64,000 nucleotides of DNA from Desulfobacterales bacterium (GTDB lineage: Bacteria > Desulfobacterota > Desulfobacteria > Desulfobacterales > SpSt-501): the NCBI GenBank assembly GCA_030834695.1, contig JAUQXK010000140.1, positions 23,170 through 87,169 on the forward strand, written 5' to 3'. Below, piece after piece: positions 37,959 to 51,443 of this stretch (its first letter is position 1; every line of letters begins with the position of its first letter). A model generated the notes under the pieces. It made no database searches. It was not told where the DNA came from and was given only the letters and a program-made list of their open reading frames with translations. The position numbers and the translations under genes were made by a program.

Positions 37959-38765
37959 ATGAACCCGGATACCCGGCTGAAGGACCCTCTGAGCTTAAGA
38001 GTAACCCCCTGGATCAGCTTTATCGGCTTTTTCGTCGTCTGGCAGCTGCTGATCGACACCGGAATCGTGCCGCGCATCCTGCTGGCCTCGCCGGCTGAAG
38101 TGGGGCAGCTGTTCATCGACAAGCTGACCAACCCGGATCCCGACGGAGCGGTCCTCCTGACCCATACGATGGTCAGTCTGCTCGAAGCGGTGCTCGGTTA
38201 TGTGCTGTCCCTCGTGATCGGGATCCCGCTGGGGCTGCTGATGGGATGGTTCGTAGTGGCGGAAGGATTGGCGCGGCCCCCGTTCGAAATGATCCGCCCC
38301 ATTCCGCCCGTGGCGTGGATCCCGTTGGCGATCTTCTGGTTCGGCATCGGGCTGACAGGCAAGGTTTTCATTATCTGGGCCTGCGGCGTGGTCCCCTGCG
38401 TGATCAATGCCTACACGGGTGTTCGCATGACCAGCCCCACCCTCATCCAGATGGCACGAACCTACGGTGCGTCCGACTGGCAAATCTTCACCAAAATCTG
38501 CGTCCCTTCCGCCCTGCCGATGGTGTTCGGCGGGCTGCAGATCGCGCTGGCCTTGGCCTGGACCACGCTGGTGGCGGCCGAATTGATTGCGGCCAACGAG
38601 GGGCTGGGCTACCTCATCACCATGGGGCGCCGGCTGTTGCGGCCGGACATGATCGTTCTCGGGATGATCATGGTCGGACTGACCGGCTGGATCATCGGCA
38701 ACATCATCGACCGTATCGAGCGAAGGCTGACCGCCGGCCTCGAGCGGGGAGGAGCCGCAACGTGA
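37959..38765 (+). CDS. ABC transporter permease (NitT/TauT family)
   Basis: 268-aa protein with about 6 TM segments. It carries the BPD-type EAA-like loop (AAELIAANEGLGYLI). Confidence 0.88.
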   Translation: MNPDTRLKDPLSLRVTPWISFIGFFVVWQLLIDTGIVPRILLASPAEVGQLFIDKLTNPDPDGAVLLTHTMVSLLEAVLGYVLSLVIGIPLGLLMGWFVVAEGLARPPFEMIRPIPPVAWIPLAIFWFGIGLTGKVFIIWACGVVPCVINAYTGVRMTSPTLIQMARTYGASDWQIFTKICVPSALPMVFGGLQIALALAWTTLVAAELIAANEGLGYLITMGRRLLRPDMIVLGMIMVGLTGWIIGNIIDRIERRLTAGLERGGAAT

Positions 38766-39610
38766 ACGCCGCGTTGGAACACCCCACGACCGTTCAGGGC
38801 CTTCAGCGACACAAGTCTCCCGCCGCGATCCTGCGACGGCTGCTCAAGAACCGCTACGTCCTCTACCTCGTTTCGATTTCCGGCCTCCTGCTTATCTGGC
38901 ATTTCTCGGCCGTCAATTTTGCCACCTCCAAGTACATGCCCACGCCGTGGATGGTGTTGAAGGAGCTCTGGCGCATCGCTCATGAAAACCTCGCCGGAAA
39001 GGACCTATTGGGCCACCTGTGGTCCAGCCTGCATCGGGTGCTGATCGGCTTCGCCATCGGTTCGGCCGTCGGAGTCCCCCTGGGGCTTTTCATGGCCCTC
39101 AACCGGTATATCAACAACCTGGTGAAACCGGTTTTCGACCTGATCAAGCCGATGCCCCCCATTTCATGGATCTCACTCGCCATCCTGTGGTTCGGCATCG
39201 GGGAGGAGTCCAAGGTGTTCATCATCGCCATCGGCGCCTTCGTCCCGGCCCTGATCAATTCCTATAACGGAATTCGCCTGGTGGACCCGGCCCTCTACGA
39301 CGCCATCCGCATGCTGGGGGCCAACCGCTGGCAGACGATGATGGAAGTGACGTTCCCCGCCGGGTTCCCGGCGCTCTTCGCCGGGCTTCAGATTTCCCTC
39401 AGCGTCGCCTGGAGCTGTGTGCTCGCAGCGGAGCTGGTCAGCGCCAGATCGGGGATGGGCTTCCTCATCATCTTGGGGATGACCATGTCCAACCCCTCCA
39501 TGATTCTGAGCGGCATGGTGGTCATCGCCGTTACGGCCTATCTCATAACCGTGGTGCTGAGCAAGGTGGAAAAATGGGTGTGCCCGTGGAAAGTGGAGCT
39601 GCCGCAATGA
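38762..39610 (+). CDS. ABC transporter permease (second subunit)
   Basis: GTG at 38762 overlaps the previous stop (GTGA). The membrane protein has the motif AAELVSARSGMGFLI. The upstream part of track ORF 38246..39610 is an out-of-frame overlap and was excluded. Confidence 0.85.
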   Translation: MNAALEHPTTVQGLQRHKSPAAILRRLLKNRYVLYLVSISGLLLIWHFSAVNFATSKYMPTPWMVLKELWRIAHENLAGKDLLGHLWSSLHRVLIGFAIGSAVGVPLGLFMALNRYINNLVKPVFDLIKPMPPISWISLAILWFGIGEESKVFIIAIGAFVPALINSYNGIRLVDPALYDAIRMLGANRWQTMMEVTFPAGFPALFAGLQISLSVAWSCVLAAELVSARSGMGFLIILGMTMSNPSMILSGMVVIAVTAYLITVVLSKVEKWVCPWKVELPQ

Positions 39611-40377
39611 CGGCCGAAACCGTTAAAATCGAATGCCGGAACGTCAGCAAGATTTTCAAGCAGCGCGCCGGCACGGTTCAGATACCGGTCCTGGACGACA
39701 TCAGCCTGCGCGTGCTGGAAAATGAATTCCTGGTGATCGTCGGCCCCGGCCAGTGCGGAAAAACCACCCTGCTGCGGATCATTGCCGGTTTTGAAACCCC
39801 GACCGCGGGCCATGTCCTGCTCGACGGGAAAGAGATCTCCGGACCGGGGCCCGACCGCGGAATGGTGTTTCAGAAATATACGCTGTTTCCCTGGCGGACC
39901 GTGATGGCCAATGTCGAAATGGGCTTGAAGCTGCGGGGCATGGCCAAAAAGGAGCGCCGGGAGATCGCCGGCCATTACATCCAGTTGGTCGGGCTTCAAG
40001 GTTTTGAGAAAGCCTATCCCCACGAGCTGAGCGGCGGCATGAAGCAGCGGGTGGGAATCGCCCGGGCCTACGCGAACGATCCCAAAGTTCTCCTGCTGGA
40101 CGAGCCCTTCGGGCAGCTGGACGCGCAGACCCGCTACCTGATGGAGCAGGAGACCGCCCGTATATGGTCGGCGGAGAAAAAAACCGTGATTTTCGTAACC
40201 AACAGCATCGACGAGGCAGTCTACCTGGCGGACCGCATTATCACCCTGGAGGGGAAGCTGCCCGGCCGGGTGAAGTCTTCCTATACCGTCCATCTGCCGC
40301 GTCCCCGGGAACACATCGACAAGAAATTCCTCGAGCTGCGCCATCAGATCACCGAAGAGACGGAACTGTTGCTCTAG
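39607..40377 (+). CDS. ABC transporter ATP-binding protein (second ATPase)
   Basis: ATG at 39607 overlaps the previous stop (ATGA). Walker A GPGQCGKTT, signature LSGGMKQRVGIARA and Walker B LLLDEPFGQLD. Confidence 0.9.
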   Translation: MTAETVKIECRNVSKIFKQRAGTVQIPVLDDISLRVLENEFLVIVGPGQCGKTTLLRIIAGFETPTAGHVLLDGKEISGPGPDRGMVFQKYTLFPWRTVMANVEMGLKLRGMAKKERREIAGHYIQLVGLQGFEKAYPHELSGGMKQRVGIARAYANDPKVLLLDEPFGQLDAQTRYLMEQETARIWSAEKKTVIFVTNSIDEAVYLADRIITLEGKLPGRVKSSYTVHLPRPREHIDKKFLELRHQITEETELLL

Positions 40378-40409
40378 CCGGACAGAATTCTCGAACCGAA
40401 GGGGGAAGC

Positions 40410-41735
40410 ATGCGCCGTCCGGAAAAAGCCTACCGGCCGCTTGAAACGTCCGATTCCTATGACACGATCACGCAGCAGCGAGAGACCTTCATGTCGCCGT
40501 CTCTGCGGACCTTCCAAGCCTATTCGCGGCCGCTCGTGTTGAAACGCGGGGAGGGGCAATATCTGTGGGATGTCCACGAAAAGAAGTACGTGGACCTCAT
40601 GGCGCAGAACCTGTGCATCAGCGTCGGATACAATCATCCCCTGGTGAACAGCGAGGCGAAGCGGCAGATCGACCGGCTGGCCCACTGCACCACCATGTAC
40701 GCCCAGTCCATGCCGTCGCATTTCGCAGAAGAACTGGTGGGCCGATTCCCGCCAGGCCCGGAATGGGTGGCCCATTTCGTCAACAGCGGCTCCGAGGCCA
40801 TTGACCTCGCCATTCTGATGGCGCGTCTTTTCACAGGCCATTTTGAGATTATTGCCTTGCGGAACGGCTATCACGGGCTGCACTTCGGCGCCATGGCGCT
40901 GACCGGCATTCAAAGCTGCCGCCAGCCGGTACCGTCCGCCCATGGCATCCTGCACGTGCCCAATCCGGACAGTTATCGCGGGGTTTTCGGCAGTGCCGTC
41001 GCCCCCTATGTCGATGAAATCGGCCACGCCGTCATGGCTTCGACGCCCGGTCGAATCGCGGGGTTCATCGCCGAGCCCATCCAGGGCTTTGGCGGGGTGA
41101 TCCCGCTGCCGCCGGGGTACCTTGCCGGTGCATTTGAACGCACTCGGGCGGCCGGCGGAGTCTGCATTGTGGATGAGGTCCAGACCGGTTTCACGCGCAC
41201 CGGTTCTCACTACTGGGGGTTTCAGGCGCAGGGGGTCCTTCCGGACATCATCGTGTTGGGAAAGGGCATCGGCAACGGGTTCCCATTGTCTGCGGTCGTG
41301 GCGAAGCGCGAGATCGCCGAAGCGATGGCCCGCAAGAAGTTTTTCAATACGTATGGGTCCAATCCCATATCCTGCGCCGCCGGCCGCGCGGTTCTGCGGG
41401 CGATCGAGGAAGACCGGACCCTGCGCAATGCCGATGAAACAGGGGATTACCTGAAACAACGGCTGCTGGGCCTCCAGGCGAAGCACGAGCGGATCGGCGA
41501 TGTGCGCGGCAGCGGCTTGATGCTGGGAGTTGAACTCGTAAAAGACCGTTCCACCAAAGAACCGGCGGATGTCGAAGCGGGCAAAGTGGCTGCGCATGCA
41601 AGAGACAACGGGGTCATCGTCGGCAAGGGCGGCGTTTTCGGCAACGTCCTGCGCATCAACCCGCCGCTGTGCATTGAACGGCATGACGTCGATTTCGTTG
41701 TGGACATCCTGGATCAGGGCTTCCGCTGCATCTGA
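40410..41735 (+). CDS. Class-III aminotransferase (alanine-glyoxylate aminotransferase 2-like)
   Basis: ATG at 40410. Contains NSGSEAIDLAILMAR, VDEVQTGFTRTG and the PLP-lysine context IIVLGKGIGNGFPLSAV. Confidence 0.88.
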   Translation: MRRPEKAYRPLETSDSYDTITQQRETFMSPSLRTFQAYSRPLVLKRGEGQYLWDVHEKKYVDLMAQNLCISVGYNHPLVNSEAKRQIDRLAHCTTMYAQSMPSHFAEELVGRFPPGPEWVAHFVNSGSEAIDLAILMARLFTGHFEIIALRNGYHGLHFGAMALTGIQSCRQPVPSAHGILHVPNPDSYRGVFGSAVAPYVDEIGHAVMASTPGRIAGFIAEPIQGFGGVIPLPPGYLAGAFERTRAAGGVCIVDEVQTGFTRTGSHYWGFQAQGVLPDIIVLGKGIGNGFPLSAVVAKREIAEAMARKKFFNTYGSNPISCAAGRAVLRAIEEDRTLRNADETGDYLKQRLLGLQAKHERIGDVRGSGLMLGVELVKDRSTKEPADVEAGKVAAHARDNGVIVGKGGVFGNVLRINPPLCIERHDVDFVVDILDQGFRCI

Positions 41736-41822
41736 GCTTCAGCGGCGGCACGCGATCCGGGTGGCCTCGCTGCCGCGGGGGCTGCGGGTTTTCTCCTCAC
41801 TATCTTGGCTAAGGGATATGCA

Positions 41823-43487
41823 ATGAAACCAGATTTTCCAGTGATTAAGGCGGACATTCTGATTGTTGGCGGGGGCAGCGCCGGCGCCATGGCCGCCATC
41901 CGGGCCAAGGAAATCCATCCGCACCAGGAAGTGGTGGTTCTCGAGAAGGGCGATGCCAAGTACTCGGGTTGCATTGCCCGGGGGATGGATGCGCTCAACA
42001 TCGTGGCGGTCCCCGGCGTGGCCACGCCCGAACTGTACGTAGAGTCCAACAGCCTGGCCTGCGAGGGCATCATGGACGAGCCGGTCAACTACAAGATGGC
42101 CGAGCGTTCGTATGAGCTGATGCAGAAGCTGGTCAGCTGGGGCGTGTGCTTTCCGGTGGACGAGAAAGGCAATTATGAGATTCTCCAGGTCCATCCGAAG
42201 GGCCGTTTTTGCGTCACCATGAAGGAGCCGGAGTTGAAGGTCATCCTTGCCAGGCGGATGATGGATTTGGGAGCGCGGGTCATCAATCGCAGCATGGCCT
42301 TGGAGCTGATCAAGGACGACGGTCGCGTCTGCGGGGCGCTGGCGGCGAATGTGCGCACCGGGGAGGTTTTCGGCATTCAGGCCAAAAGCGTTATTTTGAC
42401 CGCCGGCGGCACGGCGCGTTTCGGCCTTCCCAACAACGGCTACCTTTATGGCGTCTATGATTTTCCCGGCAATACCGGGGACGGATACTGCCTGGCGTAC
42501 CGAGCCGGAGCCGAATTGAGCGGCTTTGAATACACGCTGGTGTACTATATCGTAAAGGACATCAACGCCCCGCTGCTGTACATCACCCTGACCCGAGGCT
42601 GCCACTTGGTGAATGCCATGGACGAGCGGCGCGACAAAGACCACCCTTCCATCCGCACCATGTTCCTCGAACATCTTGAAGACCGCGGTCCTTTGCGCAT
42701 CAAACTGAGCCATTTGCCCGAGGAGAAGATCCGCGAGATCGAATCGATCCTGTTCACCACGGAGCGGCCGGCGTGCGAGCGGTTCTATGAGGGGCGCGGA
42801 ATCGATTTTCGGAGCGGGGAGATCGAACTCTGGCCCACGGAGGTGTTTCTTTGCGGCGGCCACGGGTTGACGGGCGTACGGGTGAACGAGCGGGCGGAGG
42901 CCAGCGTGCAGGGACTCTATGCCGCCGGAGATACCTCATTGGTGGCCCGGGGCCATCTGTCCGGCGCATTCGTGTTCGGCGAGGTCGCCGCCGAAAATGC
43001 CACGGAATACGCAGCGAGCGTCCCCCACCGGCAGCTGGATCCTCAAGCGGCAGCGGCGTTCTTCGACAAGCGCAGCCGGAGAATGGGTCAGAAAAACGGT
43101 ACCGTCACCATCGAAGAGTTCGAGTACAAGGTACGGCGGCTGATTAACGACTACATTCGTCCCCCGAAGAACGAGTACAAGCTCAATCGCGCGCTGTGGT
43201 GGATGGATCGCTTCCGACGGGAGCTCAGCGAGATGGTTCGGGTGGAAGACGCCCATGACCTGTTCAAGACCTATGAGGTGGAGAATATCATCGAGTGCGC
43301 CGTCCTCAGTGCGACTGCGTCCAAAGAGCGCAGGGAAAGTCGCTGGTTGCCCTGGCACTACCGCAGCGACTTCCCCACGAGAGACGACTCCCAATGGTTG
43401 AAACACATTGTGCTGACCCAGGGGGAACCGGGAGGCGGTGTAAACGTCACTTACAAGGACATCGTCCGGATGAAGAAAGGTGATTAG
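41823..43487 (+). CDS. FAD-binding oxidoreductase, fumarate reductase/succinate dehydrogenase/APS-reductase-alpha-like flavoprotein
   Basis: N-terminal ADILIVGGGSAGAMAAIRA, plus later VILTAGGTARFG and LYAAGDTS motifs, with a length typical of the FrdA/AprA superfamily. Confidence 0.8.
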   Translation: MKPDFPVIKADILIVGGGSAGAMAAIRAKEIHPHQEVVVLEKGDAKYSGCIARGMDALNIVAVPGVATPELYVESNSLACEGIMDEPVNYKMAERSYELMQKLVSWGVCFPVDEKGNYEILQVHPKGRFCVTMKEPELKVILARRMMDLGARVINRSMALELIKDDGRVCGALAANVRTGEVFGIQAKSVILTAGGTARFGLPNNGYLYGVYDFPGNTGDGYCLAYRAGAELSGFEYTLVYYIVKDINAPLLYITLTRGCHLVNAMDERRDKDHPSIRTMFLEHLEDRGPLRIKLSHLPEEKIREIESILFTTERPACERFYEGRGIDFRSGEIELWPTEVFLCGGHGLTGVRVNERAEASVQGLYAAGDTSLVARGHLSGAFVFGEVAAENATEYAASVPHRQLDPQAAAAFFDKRSRRMGQKNGTVTIEEFEYKVRRLINDYIRPPKNEYKLNRALWWMDRFRRELSEMVRVEDAHDLFKTYEVENIIECAVLSATASKERRESRWLPWHYRSDFPTRDDSQWLKHIVLTQGEPGGGVNVTYKDIVRMKKGD

Positions 43488-43489
43488 CC

Positions 43490-45103
43490 GTGCGAATCAA
43501 CCTGCTGGAATCGCTTTCCGACAATATCGTGGTCGACCGGGACAAATGCACTTATTGCGGAGTGTGCGTCGAGACCTGCATCTTGGACAATCTGCGCATG
43601 AAGCTGGCACCGTGCAGCCACGCCTGCCCCTTGGGCGTAAACTGCCAGGGCTACGTGCAGCTCACCCAGCGTGCGCGAGACGAAGAAGCTCTTCGGGTGC
43701 TTGAGGAGAAGCTGCCCTTCCCCGAGATTCTGAGCCGACTCTGTTCGCAGCCGTGTGAAGCGGCCTGCCATCGAAAAAAGATCGAGGGGCAAGCCGTCAA
43801 TATACGGGGTCTGAAGCGTTACCTGACCGAACGGTACGAACATCAGGAAGCCCCCCTGCCGCGAGTGGCGGCGGCGACCGGGAAAAAAGTGGCCGTCGTC
43901 GGAGCGGGACCGGCCGGCCTGACGGCGGCCTATGATTTGAGAAGGCTCGGCCATGAGATCATCCTGTATGACGGCGAAAGCGAGCCGGGCGGAATGCTCC
44001 GCTGGGCGGTTCCGGAATTCCGGCTGCCGCGCCGAATTCTAAATCGAGAACTGGAGCGTCTGGCCAAGCTGGGTGTCGTCTTTAAATGCGGTTCGAAATT
44101 GGGGCGTGACGTGGAACTGAAGGGCCTTCGCCGCGATGCCCATGCGGTTCTGATCGCATTCGGATGCACGCGCCACAAGACCCTGGGAATTAAGGGCGAA
44201 GAACTACCCGGTGTCATTCATGCGCTGCCCTTCTTAAAATCGATCCGGGAAGGCCGGCCTCAGAAGGTTGGCCTCAAGGTGGTCGTCATCGGCGGCGGAG
44301 ATGTAGCGCTGGATTGCGCCCAAAGCGCCAAACGACTGGGAGCCGCGGCAGTGGTGGTGATTAGCCTGGAACAGGAATCCGACCTGCCGGCGCACCCAAA
44401 CGTGGTCCGTGGAGCCAGCGCCGAAGGAGTGGTTTTCCGAGGAGCCTGGGGCCCTCAGGCCATCGTCGGCCATACGGGCCGCCTGGAAGGGGTTCAACTG
44501 AAGAAGTGCGTTGCGTTGTTTGACGCCGACTCCAACTTCAGGCCGGCCTATGACGTCTGCCAGACGGATTTTGAGTCGGCGGACACGGTTGTTGTCGCCA
44601 TCGGCCAGCAGGCCGAACCAGGGGGCCTGGTCGACGAGGGGATCTGTTCGGGGCAGGCTGTAGACTGCGACCGGCTCACCCTGCAGACGGCCTTGGCAGA
44701 TGTTTTTGTTGCAGGGGATTTTATCAGCGGCCCCTCTTCGGTCGTTCATGCGATGGCGAGCGGCCGTAACGCAGCCGAATCCATCCATCGCTATCTGCTC
44801 GGGGAAAACTTAAAATTCGGCCGCAACTATATGGGCCCTTGCGAAACCGAGTTTTCGATCGACTCCTCCCGCGGGAACTCGGCCGCACGTTCTGAAAATC
44901 CGTTGCGCGCGTTCAATGGCCCGGGAGATTTTGAGGAGTTGGAGCTGCCATTTAACGCGGAAACCGCCCGGCGGGAAGCCGGTCGGTGCTATTCCTGCGG
45001 TCAGCCGTTCGGCAAATACCGAACCTGCTGGTTTTGCCTGCCGTGCGAAGTTGAATGCCCGCATCAAGCGCTTTGGGTAGAGATCCCCTATTTGCTGCGA
45101 TAA
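43490..45103 (+). CDS. Iron-sulfur/NAD(P)-binding oxidoreductase, glutamate synthase small-subunit (GltD)-like with ferredoxin modules
   Basis: N-terminal CTYCGVCVETC ferredoxin motif, a GltD-like Cys region (APCSHACPLGVNCQGYV..CSQPCEAAC), dinucleotide folds KVAVVGAGPAGLTAAYDL and VVVIGGGDVALDCA, and a C-terminal CYSCG...CWFCLPCEVECP. Confidence 0.8.
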   Translation: MRINLLESLSDNIVVDRDKCTYCGVCVETCILDNLRMKLAPCSHACPLGVNCQGYVQLTQRARDEEALRVLEEKLPFPEILSRLCSQPCEAACHRKKIEGQAVNIRGLKRYLTERYEHQEAPLPRVAAATGKKVAVVGAGPAGLTAAYDLRRLGHEIILYDGESEPGGMLRWAVPEFRLPRRILNRELERLAKLGVVFKCGSKLGRDVELKGLRRDAHAVLIAFGCTRHKTLGIKGEELPGVIHALPFLKSIREGRPQKVGLKVVVIGGGDVALDCAQSAKRLGAAAVVVISLEQESDLPAHPNVVRGASAEGVVFRGAWGPQAIVGHTGRLEGVQLKKCVALFDADSNFRPAYDVCQTDFESADTVVVAIGQQAEPGGLVDEGICSGQAVDCDRLTLQTALADVFVAGDFISGPSSVVHAMASGRNAAESIHRYLLGENLKFGRNYMGPCETEFSIDSSRGNSAARSENPLRAFNGPGDFEELELPFNAETARREAGRCYSCGQPFGKYRTCWFCLPCEVECPHQALWVEIPYLLR

Positions 45104-45141
45104 GAATTGCGGCGGATGTGAGCCGCCGCGCCGACTTGGAT

Positions 45142-47868
<2,727 letters not shown>

Positions 47869-47917
47869 CCGAATTCACCGAAGCGGGAATCGCCGCCGGC
47901 GCCGGCGGCGACTCCCT

Positions 47918-48316
47918 TTATTGGAGGAGGCGCCGGACGGCGCGGGAGATGAGGTCGGCCAGGCGCGAAACCGCCCGGATCAAAAGGCGCCAGCCGGCGC
48001 GGGCGGCCTGCCCGACGAGGCCGGGAGTGGCCGCCGCTGCGCGCAAGGCCGGCGGCCTGGCTTCGAGCTCGGCGACCCGGGCCCTGAGGCGGCCGGTTTC
48101 GCGTTGCATTTCCGCGCGCAGATCGTTCAACGAGGTCGCCAGCGACCGGGCTTTGGTTTCAGCGGCTTCGCGCCCGGAGCGCGCGTCCTGGATCTCCGCG
48201 GCGAGCCGGCGTTCGCGCGCGCGTGAGCGCAGGCCTTGCAGCATCCAGGCCATGCCGGCGCCGATCAGGGCGGCGGCCGCCAGGAAGACCAGAACCTCGC
48301 CGATCAGGTATGCCAT
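47918..48316 (-). CDS. Hypothetical membrane-anchored coiled-coil protein
   Basis: N-terminal TM helix (MAYLIGEVLVFLAAAALIGAGMAWML) followed by an Arg/Ala/Glu-rich helical region. It lies directly downstream of the OmpA/BON gene on the same strand. Confidence 0.5.
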   Translation of the reverse strand: MAYLIGEVLVFLAAAALIGAGMAWMLQGLRSRARERRLAAEIQDARSGREAAETKARSLATSLNDLRAEMQRETGRLRARVAELEARPPALRAAAATPGLVGQAARAGWRLLIRAVSRLADLISRAVRRLLQ

Positions 48317-48329
48317 GAAAAACCCTCCT

Positions 48330-49304
48330 TTACTGGATCAGGATCAGCTCCACCCGGCGGTTCATGGCCCGGCCTTTGCGGGAGTGGTTGTCCATCAGGG
48401 GCCGGCTGTCTCGGTAGCCGCTCGTTTGCAACCGTGCGCCGTCGATCCCTGCCGCCACCAGCCGGTCGGCGACCGTCCGGGCCCGCCGCAGGCTTAAGCG
48501 TTGATTGTAGGACTGGGGGCCGCGCGCATCGGCGTGTCCAGCCACCTCGATCCGCACCTCCGGCCGCTTTTGCAGCGCCTCGACGATCTCACGCAGCCGC
48601 GGTTCGCTCTCCGGGGTCAGACGGGAGCCGCCGAATTCGAAGTGCAGCAGCGGCAGCTGCAGCCGGGCCGGCGGGGGCGCCGGCGCCGGATCGGGTGGTG
48701 CCGACGGGCTTTCCAGTGGGGCGGACGGCCTTTCCGAATGCGGCTGGGCCAGCGCGGCGTCAATCGGCGCCGGGGGCGTCGGCATGGCGGGCATCGCCGC
48801 CGCGGCAACGCCCGGCGGATCGGATGGTGAAGCCGCGGCCGCCTCCGCGCGGGCCTCCGGGGGGGTGGCGCCGGCGGCTGCCGGGTGAGCGGGTCGCTCC
48901 GCCGGCGGTGACGGCTCCGGTGTCGCTGATCGCGAAACGGGTGCGGCCGGCTGAAGCGGCGTGGCTTCCAGCGGCGCTACCGTCAGCTGATCGCGGACCG
49001 TGCGAACGCCCCGGATGGAGGAGGCGATGGCCCGCATTCGGGCACGGGTGTAGGCGTCGGGCACCTCGCCGCTCAAGATGACGGTGCGGCCCTCGACCGT
49101 TACGGCGGCGCGGGGGTCCAGGCCGGCGGTCTGCAGTGCGGCGAGGGTGCGGCCGGCGATGTCCCCGGGGACATGGCGCACCGCCCACACCACTCCCGCC
49201 GCTGCCAGGACCAACAGGGCGGCAGTCCCTGAAAGCCATATCCGGCGGCGTTTGCGGCGATCGTCCTCGTTGAGCATGGATGGATTCATGACCCGGTTGG
49301 GCAC
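48330..49304 (-). CDS. OmpA-family protein with BON domain and Pro/Ala-rich linker
   Basis: C-terminal OmpA-like peptidoglycan-binding domain (VAGHADARGPQSYNQRLSLRRARTVADRLVAAGI...NRRVELI). There is an N-terminal TM segment and a BON-like segment (VTVEGRTVILSGEVPDAYTRARM). Confidence 0.88.
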   Translation of the reverse strand: MPNRVMNPSMLNEDDRRKRRRIWLSGTAALLVLAAAGVVWAVRHVPGDIAGRTLAALQTAGLDPRAAVTVEGRTVILSGEVPDAYTRARMRAIASSIRGVRTVRDQLTVAPLEATPLQPAAPVSRSATPEPSPPAERPAHPAAAGATPPEARAEAAAASPSDPPGVAAAAMPAMPTPPAPIDAALAQPHSERPSAPLESPSAPPDPAPAPPPARLQLPLLHFEFGGSRLTPESEPRLREIVEALQKRPEVRIEVAGHADARGPQSYNQRLSLRRARTVADRLVAAGIDGARLQTSGYRDSRPLMDNHSRKGRAMNRRVELILIQ

Positions 49305-49377
49305 CGCCGGCCAGCGGGTCCGGGCCGGTCGGTGCGATCCCTCTCGCGAGGTGGATAACCCGACGCCGTCTGAAAAG

Positions 49378-50192
49378 TCAACTGCCGCCGACCGGAGCTG
49401 GTCGGAGGGTGGCGCGCTTCAGCTCGGCCACCCGGCCGGCGAGGATCTCGGGCAGGTCCGGCCGGTCGAGATGCTCCTCGATCAGGCGCTCGAAGGCGCT
49501 GCCGACGACGACGCCGTCGGCGATCCGGGCGACGGCGGCGGCCTGCGCCGGAGACGAAATGCCGAATCCCACGCAGATCGGAAGCCGGGTGACCGCGCGC
49601 AGCTCGTGCAGCTGCCTGGCGATCTCCTCCGGCCGCAGTCCCCCGCCGCCGGTCACACCCAGCTGGGAGACATGGTAGAGGAAGCCCGAGGCGGAGCTCG
49701 CGATCCGTCGCATGCGCTCCGGCGGGGTGGTGGGCGAGGTCAGCCGGATCAGGCACAGGTCGTTGTCCGGCCAGCGGCCCGTCAGTTCGGCCGATTCCTC
49801 CGGGGGCAGGTCGACCACGAGCAGCCCGTCCGCCCCGGCCGTACGGGCGTCGCGGTGGAAGGCCGCCGCACCGTAGGCCAGGATGGGGTTGTAGTAGCTG
49901 AACACGACCATCGGGATCTGGGTCTTGCGGCGCAGGACCGCGATCATGTCGAGCACCTGGACCAGGCCGACGCCGGCCGCCAGTGCCCGGGCCGAAGACC
50001 GCTGAATGACCGGGCCGTCCGCGGTCGGGTCGGAAAAGGGGACACCGAGTTCCAGCAGGTCCAGACCGGCTGTACACATGGCCGTGACGACCGGCAGGGA
50101 ACGACCCACGTCGGGATCGCCGGCCGTCACAAATCCCACCAGGGCCTTCTCGTTCCGGCGGGCGAGCCGCGCGAAGGTTGCATCGATCCGGT

Positions 50193-50196
<4 letters not shown>
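49378..50196 (-). CDS. trpA: Tryptophan synthase alpha chain
   Basis: Starts at [12 protein letters not shown] (50196). Contains [18 protein letters not shown] and GFGISSP, which are TrpA signatures. The rest of track ORF 49378..51591 is an out-of-frame shadow over trpB. Confidence 0.93.
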
Positions 50197-51439
<1,243 letters not shown>

Positions 51440-51443
<4 letters not shown>

